Shown here: in pieces, positions 10,801 to 21,051 of the stretch
Layout: each line of letters begins with the position of its first letter
How positions within the stretch are numbered: position 1 is the stretch's first letter
Assembly (NCBI GenBank): GCA_963729625.1
Contig: CAVSOU010000015.1
Coordinates: 1-64,000, forward strand
Source: an uncultured bacterium
GTDB lineage: Bacteria; Chloroflexota; UBA5177; JANWHV01
Length of the DNA stretch: 64,000 bases
Direction: 5' to 3'
Program-made: the position numbers and the translations under genes
The notes under the pieces: model-generated
Databases searched by the model: none
Seen by the model: only the letters and a program-made list of their open reading frames with translations
Told to the model about the DNA's origin: nothing

Positions 10801-11040
10801 CGTGACCAGGACGCCGCTCACCGGCTTGCCTTTGGCGTCGGCAATGCGAATCGTGATCGGCACGTCGCGCCCAACCTCGATCTGCTTGGGCTGCACACTG
10901 ACCACCAGGGCTGGGACTTTGCCCGCCGTCGTACTTCCCTTGGCGTACACGATGTTCTGCACTGCCTGCGCGAGGGCGCTGGGAATGAGGGTGGTAATAA
11001 CAAGGACCGCGACACACAGGATGCGGTATCGGTGCGGCAC
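7873..11040 (-). CDS. Secreted Ig-like + FecR-domain protein with four right-handed beta-helix repeat modules
   Basis: Signal peptide, FecR motifs (L.DGT.V.L..NT, AVAATKGT, VTVVEGKVQV, V.AGQQ), Pro-rich linker, and four copies of WDYIDFTG...YGGHDG. Confidence 0.85.
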   Translation of the reverse strand: MPHRYRILCVAVLVITTLIPSALAQAVQNIVYAKGSTTAGKVPALVVSVQPKQIEVGRDVPITIRIADAKGKPVSGVLVTIDGAGLPKIGTAAHGALTLTVHATAKGKAILLASHGGYAPFSLKLPIVDGSPATVIAIKHGVSIMAPKAKPVAGKQGEDLFDHYHALTTKGQFASLGLRDGTLVDLNVNTDVVIKDPLHATLNKGELFLEVVHGDTTSHQIQAGTAVAATKGTRLDVRYNPTTKLATVTVVEGKVQVSNKGQSVLVGAGQQSSVPANGPPSPPAQVNVLAQLSWLHNLPNTASSAVVPPVLYLPVPPITPIAAPPIAPTPTMTITGALETTAWSGVVLVQDAVTIPAGTAVTIQPGTTVEMADGTDLSAAGTLLAQGTAAAPIVVTSADPQPAPDAWDYIDFTGASASASVLDYVDVFYGGHDGSDGAEVSASNGASPTISNSVIAQSSGDGLYLGDNSRATVTNCTFAHNASYALSTSADNSTLISGSKLGLGQTQGLEIRGGAIGHSGTWHRQDVPFALDSNVSLTAGARLDVEAGTDVLMNDGGSFSVSGTLVTHGTAQAPVIFSSADPQPAPDAWDYIDFTGPSADASVLDHVDVFYGGHDGSSGAEVSASGGASPTISNTVIAQSSGDGLYLGDNSRATVTNCTFANDVSYALSTSADNSTLLSGNSVANGQSAMEVRGGTISHSGAWHAQNAPYVLDDGVSLAAGSTLHVDPGAVILMNEGGSLSVSGTLLAQGTRNAPIIVTSVDPQPAPDAWDYIDFTGASANASILDYLQVSYGGHDGTDSAEVSASGDASPAILDSGITQSSGVGLYVDDNSRAVVGNCIFESDSGVAISAPADDAALISGTSVAAGQSGIELRGTAIAHSGTWRAQNAPFMPESNVSIVAGVTLTIEPGTLLQMRPGGSISVSGTLLARGLPNDPIVVTSSNAKPAPDDWDYIDFTGSSSSASILDYVQIGYGGHDGSAGAEVSASSGASPTITHCVITSSSGDGLYVDNGHPTIAFNVFQHDAGYAISIPARDPAHVHDNVFATGRQGVEVRG
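8000..10030 (-). repeat. Four ~543-bp (about 181-aa) intragenic tandem repeats
   Basis: aagtcgatgta anchors at about 8174, 8717, 9260 and 9806. Boundaries approximate. Confidence 0.85.
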
Positions 11041-11209
11041 GGCAAGAACTCCCAGCGCTAGGCGGTGAATGCCCTACTACTATAGCAACGGATCAGGCGC
11101 CGAGGTGGGAGCTATCAACGCGTGCCGCCTGCAGATGCCCGAGGCACGTTCCGGTGCATGTCGATCCCGGCCAAACCCCGGCTCAGGCTCTCTGAGAGAG
11201 AGCGCGCTG

Positions 11210-12013
11210 CTAAGAGACGATGTCAGGGGGCGTGACATCGGAGACGGCCGAATCCCCTCCGTCGAAGGTCCGAGACCCGCGGACAGCTCGGGCCCGAAGC
11301 TGCAGGTTCTTGAAGAAATCGGTGTCGGCAATCTCGGCCACCTCTCTTGCCTGGAGCGCAGGGTCGATCACTATACGGAGCTCGCGCACCTGTTGCTTGA
11401 GCGCATCCTCCCGGGCCTGCACTTCGCGCGCCATCTGCCGAAACTTGCGGGCAAGACCTCCCAATGAGTCAGTTCGCTGGGTTACTTCCTGCAGCGCTTC
11501 AGGGCGGAACGTGCCGACTTCAAGATCGTGGGCCGCAGCGGTGATCATTTCGACCATGCGAATATACTCGTAGTCCTCCGTCCGATCCGAATTGGTGTCC
11601 CGCAGGCGCTCACACAGCACTTTGATCACGCCTTCAGCCACCTCACTGCGCTCGCTGAGCAAATGGCGAAATGCCGTGCTACTGAGCCGGTACAGCCGGC
11701 AGGCGGTGGCGGCTACTGCGGTGGCACTCCGTGTCTGCAAATCCAGTACCGCCATTTCACCAAATACTTCGCCCGGATAGTGGTGGCACAGCAGCAGTGG
11801 GCCGTCGAAGATGCCGACTTTGCCGTCGACGATGATATAGAGTGCGTCACCCATCTCACCCTTGGCGAAAATGGTCCGGCCGGCTTCGATGGCCACTGCA
11901 GTGAGGGCCTCTGCAACTTCGACAAGCACATGCTCGGGGGTGCCCGCCAGGATACCAATGCCGCGCAAGCAGGGTAACCGCTCTTCGATGTTCTTCATGT
12001 GTTTCACCCTCAT
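11210..12013 (-). CDS. Cyclic-nucleotide-binding protein with HAMP-like segment and coiled-coil C-terminus
   Basis: cNMP motifs GEMGDALYII..G, FGEMA.LD...RSATA, then R.D.LG.LA..F..M and RE..LKQQV.ELRI.ID...EV.EI..TDFF..LQ. Confidence 0.85.
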   Translation of the reverse strand: MRVKHMKNIEERLPCLRGIGILAGTPEHVLVEVAEALTAVAIEAGRTIFAKGEMGDALYIIVDGKVGIFDGPLLLCHHYPGEVFGEMAVLDLQTRSATAVAATACRLYRLSSTAFRHLLSERSEVAEGVIKVLCERLRDTNSDRTEDYEYIRMVEMITAAAHDLEVGTFRPEALQEVTQRTDSLGGLARKFRQMAREVQAREDALKQQVRELRIVIDPALQAREVAEIADTDFFKNLQLRARAVRGSRTFDGGDSAVSDVTPPDIVS

Positions 12014-12305
12014 CCTGCGACTGGCACGAGTGAGATATCGCCCTCGTTCTCAGCGCCCTGCTGAAGCCGGGCTTCAGTCGGTTGGCCTCACCGAGACCTG
12101 TGTGTCAGGGTCGAGGCACGGGGGCGACCGACATTGTTCAGGGATCAATCCGTTCGACACGATGACTGCGCCCGGAGTCTTGCAGCTTCCGGCGACCACA
12201 GCATAAGCCCAGTTGCGGCCAGCTCCACGCCCATCCTAGCATGAATCGCTGTGTCCGCCAGTACCCAAATGGGCACGCTGCTCTGCCGCCGCGGGCTTCA
12301 CCTCG

Positions 12306-13301
12306 CTAGATTTCCAGCCGCACTTCGAGCCACCACTCCTTCACCTGTCGCGGCGGCAGCACACGGTACTTCTCGAACTGGACGACTGCTTCCTCCAATG
12401 AGTCCTGAGCTCCAATACACGGCTCCAGCGCAAGGTTGTAATACGGCTCGCCCCCGGTGCCGGACCAACCCGCTGCATTCAGCCAGAGCCCTACTTGAGG
12501 AACCAGCGCCGGATCAAACGTGAAATGGAACGAACCATGCGGCGAGATCAGTGCCACGTCGCCCACGGACAGAGGCTCGCTCCAGAGCTTGGCCGCCACA
12601 CGTGCGGACGGCTCCGGCATCGCGCTCAGGTCTATCGTGCGTCCCTGGCTGGTACCACGGACCGGCCATTCGTAGCCTTGACCATCCTCCTCGACCGGCA
12701 CGAAATCGCTGGGAAAGGAAAGCCATCGGTGCATTCGTGTCCCGGCCGGAATGCGTATGGACATCCCCGGCTCGGCCACGAAAAGCGGATGGGCACTCCA
12801 GATGAACGCGATCGGCGTGTCGGCCAGGCTTGTGATCCGATAATTGATGCGCACGATTGGAGCGTCGGCGGCAAGGGTGACGGCACGCTGCCAGCGGTAT
12901 GGGAGCACGCCGCCGCCTCGCGCCTCACCGTGGACTGTGACGCTGGACCCTGGTAACTCCTCGACTTCCACCGGCCACGCCTGCGACCAGAGCTCCCCAT
13001 GATCGGGGAGAGGGGAGCCCTTCCAAGGTTCCGCCGGGTACGCACATGCGGCGACCGTCGGAAAGCACTCGTCCCAACCCCCCGTGTCGGCCATCTCCAC
13101 GTAGGACGTACCGTAGGGAAGTCGACGATAGGGCAGCAACGTACTCGCCCAAAGCCACTCATGGCCGGTGCGTCTATCGAATATGCTGCTGATCTTTCCG
13201 CCAAGGTCAGGCACGAGTGTGAAAGACATCGCGTCGTTGGCGATAGTAAGCGCCCTAAACCCCTGGACCTGTCCTTCCTCGATCTGGATCTTCGGCAACA
13301 T
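12306..13301 (-). CDS. Aldose 1-epimerase / galactose mutarotase-like protein
   Basis: P.LGGKI.S, GGWDECFPT, PDHGELW, WSAHP and LEPC motifs. ATG at 13301 with GAGGG RBS. Confidence 0.85.
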   Translation of the reverse strand: MLPKIQIEEGQVQGFRALTIANDAMSFTLVPDLGGKISSIFDRRTGHEWLWASTLLPYRRLPYGTSYVEMADTGGWDECFPTVAACAYPAEPWKGSPLPDHGELWSQAWPVEVEELPGSSVTVHGEARGGGVLPYRWQRAVTLAADAPIVRINYRITSLADTPIAFIWSAHPLFVAEPGMSIRIPAGTRMHRWLSFPSDFVPVEEDGQGYEWPVRGTSQGRTIDLSAMPEPSARVAAKLWSEPLSVGDVALISPHGSFHFTFDPALVPQVGLWLNAAGWSGTGGEPYYNLALEPCIGAQDSLEEAVVQFEKYRVLPPRQVKEWWLEVRLEI

Positions 13302-13314
13302 AGCGGTCGCGCCC

Positions 13315-14367
13315 TCACTCCCAGACAATTGCAACCTTACCCGTGCGCCCGGCGTCGAATAGCTGATACGCCTCCTGCGCCTGGTTGAGGTTGAAGCGAT
13401 GTGTCACCATTTTGTCCGTGTGCAGTCGCCAACGCACCAATTGCTCAACCAGGTTGACCATCTGCGGTACGCTGCATACCCAGGAGCCGAACAGGGCAAG
13501 CTGCTTATGGATCAGGAGCGGACTCGGCTCAAATGTGACGCTGCCAAGCTCGCCGACATACACCACGCGGCCCCAATCCCGGGCCATCTCAAGACAGAGG
13601 TGCCGAGCCTGAGCATTGCCCGAGCAATCGATGGCTACCTCAAATCCGCGCCCCTGGGTGGCGTCCTGCAGAGCCTCGCTCAGGCGATCGCCTTCGGCCC
13701 CGACGACCTTCTCGGCCACGTGGAGGTGCTCGGCCAGCGCGCGCCGGTCCGGAAGCGTGTCCACGCCGATCACCTTCGCACCCATGGCCTGGCAGAGCAT
13801 CGACGTCGCCAGGCCCACCGGACCGAGCCCGGTGACCAGAACCGTGTCGCGCCCGGATATGGAGGCGCGCAGGCACGCGGCGTATGCGGTCCCGACTCCG
13901 CAGGCGATGGTGGCGCCGTCAAGATACGTCAACTCGTCTGGGAGGGCGACGAGAGTACGTTCTTCGGCAAGCAGAAAGTCGCCATGACCGCCATCGCGCT
14001 GCCAGCCGTAGGCCGCGCGCGCCGGGCTCGAACAAGAAATCTGCCAACCGCCCTGGCAGGCAGGACACAGTCCGCAGCCGGCGATGTGGTAAACGACCAC
14101 GCGATCACCTGGGCGGAAGCGGGTGACGCCGGGACCAACCTGTTCGACAATGCCACATGGCTCGTGGCCTGCGATAACACCCTGATAGCCGGCTGGCCCG
14201 GTGGCGTCACGCTCGACGGGACGATAGATATAGTGCAAATCGCTCCCACAGATGCCGGAAGCTCTCATCCGTAGCAGGACCTGCCCGTGACCCGGCTCGG
14301 GCACGCTGTACTCGCGTATTTCCAAGCGCCGGTTGCCAAGCAGTACAACACCATGCATCGTCGCCAT
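13315..14367 (-). CDS. Zinc-dependent (sugar/polyol) alcohol dehydrogenase
   Basis: GICGSDLH, GHEPCG, CGLCPAC...C and GLGPVG motifs. Confidence 0.93.
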   Translation of the reverse strand: MATMHGVVLLGNRRLEIREYSVPEPGHGQVLLRMRASGICGSDLHYIYRPVERDATGPAGYQGVIAGHEPCGIVEQVGPGVTRFRPGDRVVVYHIAGCGLCPACQGGWQISCSSPARAAYGWQRDGGHGDFLLAEERTLVALPDELTYLDGATIACGVGTAYAACLRASISGRDTVLVTGLGPVGLATSMLCQAMGAKVIGVDTLPDRRALAEHLHVAEKVVGAEGDRLSEALQDATQGRGFEVAIDCSGNAQARHLCLEMARDWGRVVYVGELGSVTFEPSPLLIHKQLALFGSWVCSVPQMVNLVEQLVRWRLHTDKMVTHRFNLNQAQEAYQLFDAGRTGKVAIVWE

Positions 14368-14549
14368 CGGTCGTCCTTTCTCGCGTCCAGGCAGGTCAAT
14401 CGTTTGTGATTCGAACCCTTCGGGTGCAGGTGCGGCGCACGGATCGGCGCCCAGATCCTACCGCGAGCCCATCGAGCCGGGTGATACGTCATCTCCCCTG
14501 AGCGACGAGAGGCTGGCTTCTCGGCGGGGATGGGCTATCCAGCAAACTG

Positions 14550-15443
14550 TCACCGAACCGCGCCCATAGTCATGCCACGGATCAGATATTTCTGGGTCCA
14601 AATGGTGAAAACAAGGATCGGCACCATGACAGCCGAACCTGCCGCCGTCATGGGGCCCCACAAGAGGCCGTGCACGGTCAAGAAGGCCGTGATGGCCGCG
14701 GGCAGCGTCTTGGCATTCACGCTTGTGAGCACAAGCGCGAAGAAGTACTCGTTCCAGACAATGATCAGACTGAAGATAGTGGTGGCCACCAAGCCGGGGA
14801 TAGCCAGCGGCAGCACCACGCGCCGCAGCGCGCCAAGCCAGGACATGCCGTCAATCAGCGCGGACTCATCGATTTCGATCGGGATCTCGTCGAAGAACGA
14901 GCGCATCATGAATACCACCCAGGCCAGGTTGATCAACACGTCGACGATGATCAGGAGGATTTGCGTATCGTAAAGGCCAACATCGCGGCCAAGCAGGAAG
15001 AAGGGCAAGACAACCATGATTGGCGGGGCCATACGCGTGCTCAGGAACCACAGGGATAAGTTGTCGCGGCCACGGAAGTTGAACCGGGAGAACGCGTAGG
15101 CCGCGGGCACGCCAAGCAGGAGCGCGAGAAGCGTGCTGCCGCAAGTCACGATGATGCTATTGACGAAGTTCGGCCACATGCCGTACTCGCCAAAGGCGGT
15201 GCGGTAATTGTCGAGTGTCGGCACGAAGTTGAACCATTTGGGCGGTATCGCCAGGGCATCTGCCTGAGTCTTGAACGAGGTTGAAATGACAAAGTACGTC
15301 GGAAAGACGTAGATGCAGAAGACGATGGCCATCAAGACAAACAGGATGGTTGTTTTCAGGTGCCGTCGCTGCCTGGCGCCGATCCGCGCCGGTCGCGGCG
15401 CCGGCTGGGAGGGCGCTCCAGTGACATCAGCCTGTTGACTCAT
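14550..15443 (-). CDS. Carbohydrate ABC transporter permease (MalG type)
   Basis: EIDESALIDG EAA loop, WNEYFFA, QKYLIRGMTMGAVR. Start overlaps the upstream stop (ATGA). Confidence 0.93.
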   Translation of the reverse strand: MSQQADVTGAPSQPAPRPARIGARQRRHLKTTILFVLMAIVFCIYVFPTYFVISTSFKTQADALAIPPKWFNFVPTLDNYRTAFGEYGMWPNFVNSIIVTCGSTLLALLLGVPAAYAFSRFNFRGRDNLSLWFLSTRMAPPIMVVLPFFLLGRDVGLYDTQILLIIVDVLINLAWVVFMMRSFFDEIPIEIDESALIDGMSWLGALRRVVLPLAIPGLVATTIFSLIIVWNEYFFALVLTSVNAKTLPAAITAFLTVHGLLWGPMTAAGSAVMVPILVFTIWTQKYLIRGMTMGAVR

Positions 15444-16372
15444 GTGCGCGACCTCCATAGGTTCGTGCCTAGCAGACGCAGCAGGACCACGGCGATCACG
15501 TCGATTATCACAAACAAGACCACACCAGTAGCGGAGGCGTAGGCGATGTGGCCGAACTCGAGACCTTCGTTGTAGGCGAACAGCGTCAGGGTCTGGCTCG
15601 CGGTGCCGGGCCCCCCGCCGGTCATGGCGAAGATGGTATCGAAGGTGCGCAGGCAATCGATGGAGCGAAATAGCAGCGCCACGGCGATGGCCGGCTTGAG
15701 CAGCGGCAACGTGATGGAGCGAAAGGTGCGGAAGGCACTGGCGCCGTCGACGCGCGCCGCCTCATACACTTCGGGTGAGAGGCCCTGCAGGCCGGCCAGG
15801 ATGATCAGCATTACCAGTGGCGACCATTCCCATACATCGGTCGCCACGAGCGACGGGATCACCGAGCCTTCCTGTCCGAGGAAATCCTGCTGGGGAATGC
15901 CTACGAGACCCAGGACATAGTTGAGAATACCGCCGATCGGGTTATACATCAGACGCCAGGCCGTGCCGACGACGACCGGCGCCATCACCATAGGCGCTAT
16001 GACGAAGGTGCGGGCGATGGCGCGCCCGGGAATCTTCTGATTGAGGAGGACCGCCAGGGCAAAGCCCAGCAGCAGTTCCAGGATCACGGCCTCCACAGAA
16101 TAGATGAGAGTGGTCTGAAGCGCGGACCAGAAGTCGGGGTCATTAAACAGATTGGTGTAGTTCTGGAAGCTATTCCACTGCCCCTGCGGCGTGAAGGACA
16201 TCAGGTTGTACTTGATCAGACTCAGGCGTACGGCGTCGATCGTGGGATAGAGCGTGAGCAATGCCAGAACGATCACAGCCGGTGCCAGCAGGAGCGTGAC
16301 GGCTCCTCGGTTCGTGCTGAAGAAGTGGGGCGCCGCCTTCGGTCGAGGCCTTTGAAGCGACTCTCTGCTCAT
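15440..16372 (-). CDS. Carbohydrate ABC transporter permease (MalF type)
   Basis: LAGLQGL..EVYEAARVDGA, FD....MTGGGPG. Confidence 0.93.
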   Translation of the reverse strand: MSRESLQRPRPKAAPHFFSTNRGAVTLLLAPAVIVLALLTLYPTIDAVRLSLIKYNLMSFTPQGQWNSFQNYTNLFNDPDFWSALQTTLIYSVEAVILELLLGFALAVLLNQKIPGRAIARTFVIAPMVMAPVVVGTAWRLMYNPIGGILNYVLGLVGIPQQDFLGQEGSVIPSLVATDVWEWSPLVMLIILAGLQGLSPEVYEAARVDGASAFRTFRSITLPLLKPAIAVALLFRSIDCLRTFDTIFAMTGGGPGTASQTLTLFAYNEGLEFGHIAYASATGVVLFVIIDVIAVVLLRLLGTNLWRSRT

Positions 16373-16467
16373 CGCGTGGCAAACTCCTTAGCCCGGTTGA
16401 CCGCGAATCTTGGTCCTGCCGCACCCTGGCTGCGGCCCTCATCGCACCGGTCGGACCCGTTTGGGCG

Positions 16468-16506
16468 GCCGGGCAATCGCCGCTCGCTGTGCGGCGATTG
16501 CCCGGC
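16468..16506. other. Intra-operon 16-bp stem-loop after the substrate-binding gene (mRNA stabiliser or partial terminator)
   Basis: gccgggcaatcgccgc-tcgctgt-gcggcgattgcccggc. This position is typical for ABC sugar operons. Confidence 0.65.
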
Positions 16507-16541
16507 TCACACTAGAGTGCTCCGATTGGCACTGTGGCGAT

Positions 16542-17919
16542 TTAGAAGTAACCGGCCTGCTGCAATACCTTGGTGATCTCGGCATTGGCATCTTTGAGCG
16601 CCTGCGCCGGGGACTTGATACCGGCAATGGCGTCGGCGATGGCAATCGACAGGTCAGTACCGACCTCGGTCTCCTCAGGAATACGCGGTCGATAGTCGGG
16701 GTCAGCCAGCGCCAGCGACTGCTTCATCACCTTGATCAAAGGCTCCGATTCGCTATAGTACTTGGCGACCGGGACATTGTACACGGTCTCCAGCGCCTGG
16801 TTCGGCGCAGACAAGCCGATATACTCGGCGACCGCCGGCGAGACAAGCCACGACAGGAATTGCGCGGCTTCCGCCTTGTGGGGAGCGCCCTTAGGAATAA
16901 CCACGGCCCAGGTGTAGAAGCCGGGGAAGCGGCCGGCCGGTCCCTTGGGCACCATGGCGTAGCCCACCTTGCCGTTGATATTCGATTGGGTGGGATCCTC
17001 CATGCGCACGCCCAGCGTGGCGGAGTCGATGATCATGCCGGCACGGCTCTGCATCATGTCATTCTGCACCTCGATGTAGGAGTAGTTCGCCGAACCTGGA
17101 GGGCCGTACTTCTTGAGCAGATTGACGTAGTAGGTGAGGGCCGTGACCGCCTGAGGGCTGTCGAGCACGGGATGCATGTCGGTGGGGAACTTCTGGTAGT
17201 ACCGGCCGCCAAACGCCTCGAGGAATGTCGGGAACGTCCATTCGTTGACGCCCATGCCGCGCTGACCGCGCAAGGCAATGCCGTACATGCCTTTGCTCTT
17301 GCCGTACGCCGTGACCGCCTTGGCCACGTTCTCGCAGATCCGACACAGTCTGCGGTACGTGCAGCCCAAGTTTGGCAAAGATGTCGGCCCGGTACATGAG
17401 GATGTTGCAGTCCTGATAGAGCGGTAGGGCATAGAGCTTGCTGTTGTAGCGCAACGCGTCCAAGAAGGGCTTCTGGAAATCGGCGGTGTGAAAGGTCGAA
17501 CTCTGCGCGAGATACCCATCGAGGGGTTCAAGCACGCCGGCCTTGGCGTACCCGCGCATCAACTGGAAGTCCACCATGATTACGCTCAGATTGGTCGACG
17601 GCGCAGACAATTCCAGATTCGTCTTGGCACGCAGCGGGGTCTCCTGCATCTGCACCCATTGCACATTGATGCCGGTCTTCTTCGTCCAGGCGGGCAGCAG
17701 CTTCTGCAGCTTCACCCATTCAGATCGGGAGTCAGTCATGAAGTCGATGGTGACGGACGACGCTGCGTGGGCGGTGCCTGCGTCCCTGGCGCCCTGCAAC
17801 AGTGCGCCGGCTGCGCTCGCGGAGAGCCCAAGCGCGACCGCTCGCGTGAGAAACGCACTGCGGGAGATGTGTCCTTCGCGCAAATCTCGGATCAACTCTG
17901 ATGTGTCAGTACTGGTCAT
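16542..17919 (-). CDS. Sugar ABC substrate-binding protein with Tat-like leader; frameshift near 17340
   Basis: AGGAGG RBS before the ATG at 17919. ISRSAFL..A.ALGLSA leader, LYALP...D..ILMYR.D, and the C-terminal part in ORF 16542..17531. Confidence 0.88.
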
Positions 17920-19107
17920 TACAAGACCTCCTCTTAATCTTTGAAGCAAGAGAGCATCTTTCCTGCACAGACTTTGTCTCTTCCGACTCACCTCCTTTCC
18001 GGAATGCTCGCCGTGTTGCCTCACGCAACTACGGTGCGGCCCAATAGCTGGTAGCTGTCGCTGAGTTGGATTGTGACGATCATCAGTGCCGGGAGCGCCG
18101 CACGATGACCGAACGACAAGTGACGTGGGCACAAGCTGGATGATCGGAGCAAGGTTGGGCGATATGAGGCGCTGAATCAATCGCTGTGCTGCAAGCTCAC
18201 CCATAAGCTCTTTGGGCACGCGTATCGTCGTGAGTGGCGGATCGACGTCACGAGCGAAGGGCTCATCGTTGAAGCCCGTGATGGCCAGATCGTCCGGCAA
18301 TTGGATTCCGATCTCCTTTGCCGCGCGTGTCGCACCAATGGCGATCTCGTCAGAAGCACAGATCAATGCGTCGATATCCGCCGCTCGCTGTGTCAGCAAA
18401 CCCAGTGCCACACTATGCGCCGCGTCGGTTGTCCATCGAGTTACCGGGTCGCAGCCAGGAACAATCGATACGCCGCGCCGCGCCAACCCGTCGTGAACCG
18501 CCTCCGTTCGCTCGTCATCCTCGATAGATGGCCCCAAGAAGGCAAAGCGCCGATGGCCGAGTCCCACGAGGTGGTCGACCATCTGATACATAGCGAAGCG
18601 CATTTCAAGTCCTACGTGGTCGAAAAGCAGCCCTTGCCTGATATACGCCCGGTAATTGCCGTCGACCGTCACCACGGGCTTCGCCGGTGAGTCACCTTCG
18701 GAGGGCCGTGTGTTGACGTAAATCAGGCCGTCGACTCCGCGGAACTGCTGGGCTTGTCCGCGGCGGACGCCACTGGCGGTATAGGAGGACAGGACGTGCA
18801 ACTGGTGCGCTGTCAACACCTTCTTGATCCCGGCCAGCACTCGGACCCAAAACGGAAAAGTAAAGAGGTCGTCTACGTCGTCAAGAATCAAACCGACGGT
18901 CTGGCGACGAGTGCCGCTGTCACTTGACTCAAGGCTTCCGTGCCAATCGTCGCCACGAACCCTGTAACCGAGCGCTCGCGCCGCATCCCACACCCGCGCG
19001 CGCGTTTGTAAAGCCACCTCGGAGGCAGCCTCTCTGTTCAGCGCCCGCGAGGCCGTTGCAATCGACACTCCAGCAAGCCCCGCTACATCCCGTAACCGTA
19101 TAGCCAT
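17920..19107 (-). CDS. LacI-family transcriptional regulator; no stop codon before the SBP start in this sequence
   Basis: LRDVA.LAGVS.ATASRALN helix-turn-helix, P.DLAI.GF.D, PPLTTIR, and LVVRSSC end motif near 18100. End coordinate uncertain. Confidence 0.88.
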
Positions 19108-19198
19108 TCTCTCGGCACAGATTCTGCAACAAGTTGCTATCTGGCGCAAATCCTACAGCTAATCCGCGCGGGTGTCAATGCGTGGACCTCTCGAGGGC

Positions 19199-19342
19199 CA
19201 GGGTCTGCAAATAGCCAAGAAACCTCCGCTGGAAAGCGGATGGCAGGATTCTCGCCCGTTGAATCCGGCCTGTCGTCGCTTCACGACCGGCATGCGATAC
19301 CGCGTGTGTCCGGACGCTCTTTGGGACTACTTGCAGACCCTG
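19199..19342. mobile_element. MITE-like element with terminal inverted repeats, copy 1
   Basis: Left end CAGGGTCTGCAAATAG; right end (reverse complement) CAGGGTCTGCAAGTAG. The interior is homologous to 48433..48598 in the opposite orientation. Confidence 0.7.
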
Positions 19343-19488
19343 CAATCAGGACAATGGTGCTGCTGAGACAACGCTGCAACTACCTGTTTGATGCAGCGTA
19401 ACGGCATCCCTGATGAATCGCCTCCGCAAATATTCTCAGTTTAGGCGGTGCAAATACCTGAAAAATGCGTTGCGCGCGTCTCACGCGA

Positions 19489-20851
19489 TCACTGCCATAC
19501 TCTGTCGATCTCCTGGCGCACGATCTGCACCCACCGGATCAGCCGCTCGGGATCGTGCCTGATGGTATGGTTGTCCTTCATCAGAATTTCCAGGCAGCAG
19601 CCTTTCGTCGTCTCGAGGTCGCGGCGAATATCTTTCCGGATGCGGTCTTCGTCAAACGTCTCCATGGCAAGGTCGGCTGGATTCGGCTTCATCGAGAAGA
19701 CGTAGCGGTCCTCAAGATTGCGCGCCATCGCCTCACGGTTGGACCAGGGCGAGACCGACACGCGGCGCAGGCGGGGAATGTGCTGAAAGATTGGCCAACG
19801 GTTGTCGACCGGCTCGCAGCAGCCGTAGCAATTCAGCCCGAACCGCTCAAGGATCGGCAGCTGGTAGGGGAAGATGAATCGCTCGAACATACGTGGCGAG
19901 ACACCGATCGTCTCCTGGCTTTCAGCGAAACCCCAGAGGTCGCAGATGCGCGTGACTCCCTGGTGATCCGGCTGCGGCAACTCGTCCGACCAGCCGAGTC
20001 CGCCGGAGGCGATGTACGTGGCGTCGTTGTTCAGTGACAGGAGGTGTGCATCCTCCAGGGCCTGCAGCATCGCCAGTGTGCCGTCCCGCAGCTTGCCCAT
20101 GAGAAGATGGATCAACTCGGGTGCATCCACCATGTCATACAGCATGCGCTGCAAGCCGCGCAGGTTCGCCAGCTTCGCCGTGAGGCCCATAGAGTCCCAC
20201 CAGACGGATTTGAGGCGGAGGTCGCGCAATGTGTCATATGGATAACCGGCGGTCTTGATGCGCACAGGGAGCACATCCCCGAAGATGTCGGATGCCAGCG
20301 ATGCCAGGCGCTGTGTGGCCGCAAAGTCCACCCGAATTACCGGTAGGTGCAGCTTGTCGACGTCTGCTTCGCTCTCAATGGGTGAGATCCAGGTGTATGC
20401 CGTGCCGTTTTCGCCGCCGACTCGCTGCTCCGCCAGTCCCCAGTCTGGCTCATCATGCACGTATCCAATGGAAAAGAAGGCGGGGATCGTATAGTCGTCG
20501 CCCATGCGGCGGCCGTAGAACACCTGCTTTCGCAGGTGGAGTTCCCAATCGCGCGCGACCGGGGCAGCGCATTTCAACCGGTCCGGCGGGAAGATCTCGG
20601 TCCAAGCGTTCTCAGGTGAGCAGTAGACAAGCGGTCGCGTGTGCTCGAGCCGGTTATGGCGACGCCACAGGTCGCGCTTTTCGGCCTCGATAGGCAGCGC
20701 GACAAGATCGGCCACCTCCGCGGCCAGATTGCGCAGGATCTCTTTGTCCTGCTGGTTGAAATCGAGGTCCCCAGGGATGAGTGATGCATCGATGATCAGA
20801 CTCTCGCGGGAGATCGGCTCGACTGGGGGCGCCTGTATCTGTCGCCTTCAT
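19489..20851 (-). CDS. Uroporphyrinogen decarboxylase / methyltransferase (URO-D) superfamily-like protein; start uncertain
   Basis: DKEILR.LA..VA, LW..HN.L, LRG...LYD..D.PE, SQET.GVSP.MF..F..PYQ, YGCCEP.D and SVSPW motifs. The reading frame stays open upstream of 20715 almost to the ATG at 20851, which is out of frame. Confidence 0.7.
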
Positions 20852-21051
20852 CGTAACCACCAAACTTCATGATTTGGAGAGCAGCACCTTCGACATCTCG
20901 TTGTTTGCTATGATAGCGTGCTGTTCCCACCGTGACAGACAATCCAGCTCAAGAAGGCAGTGGTTCGTGCAGGCGCTGATTAACGCCGACGGGATGCAGA
21001 AGTCATGCTGCATGAGCCACGTCAACGTGCGCCATGACCGATGCGCGAAGG

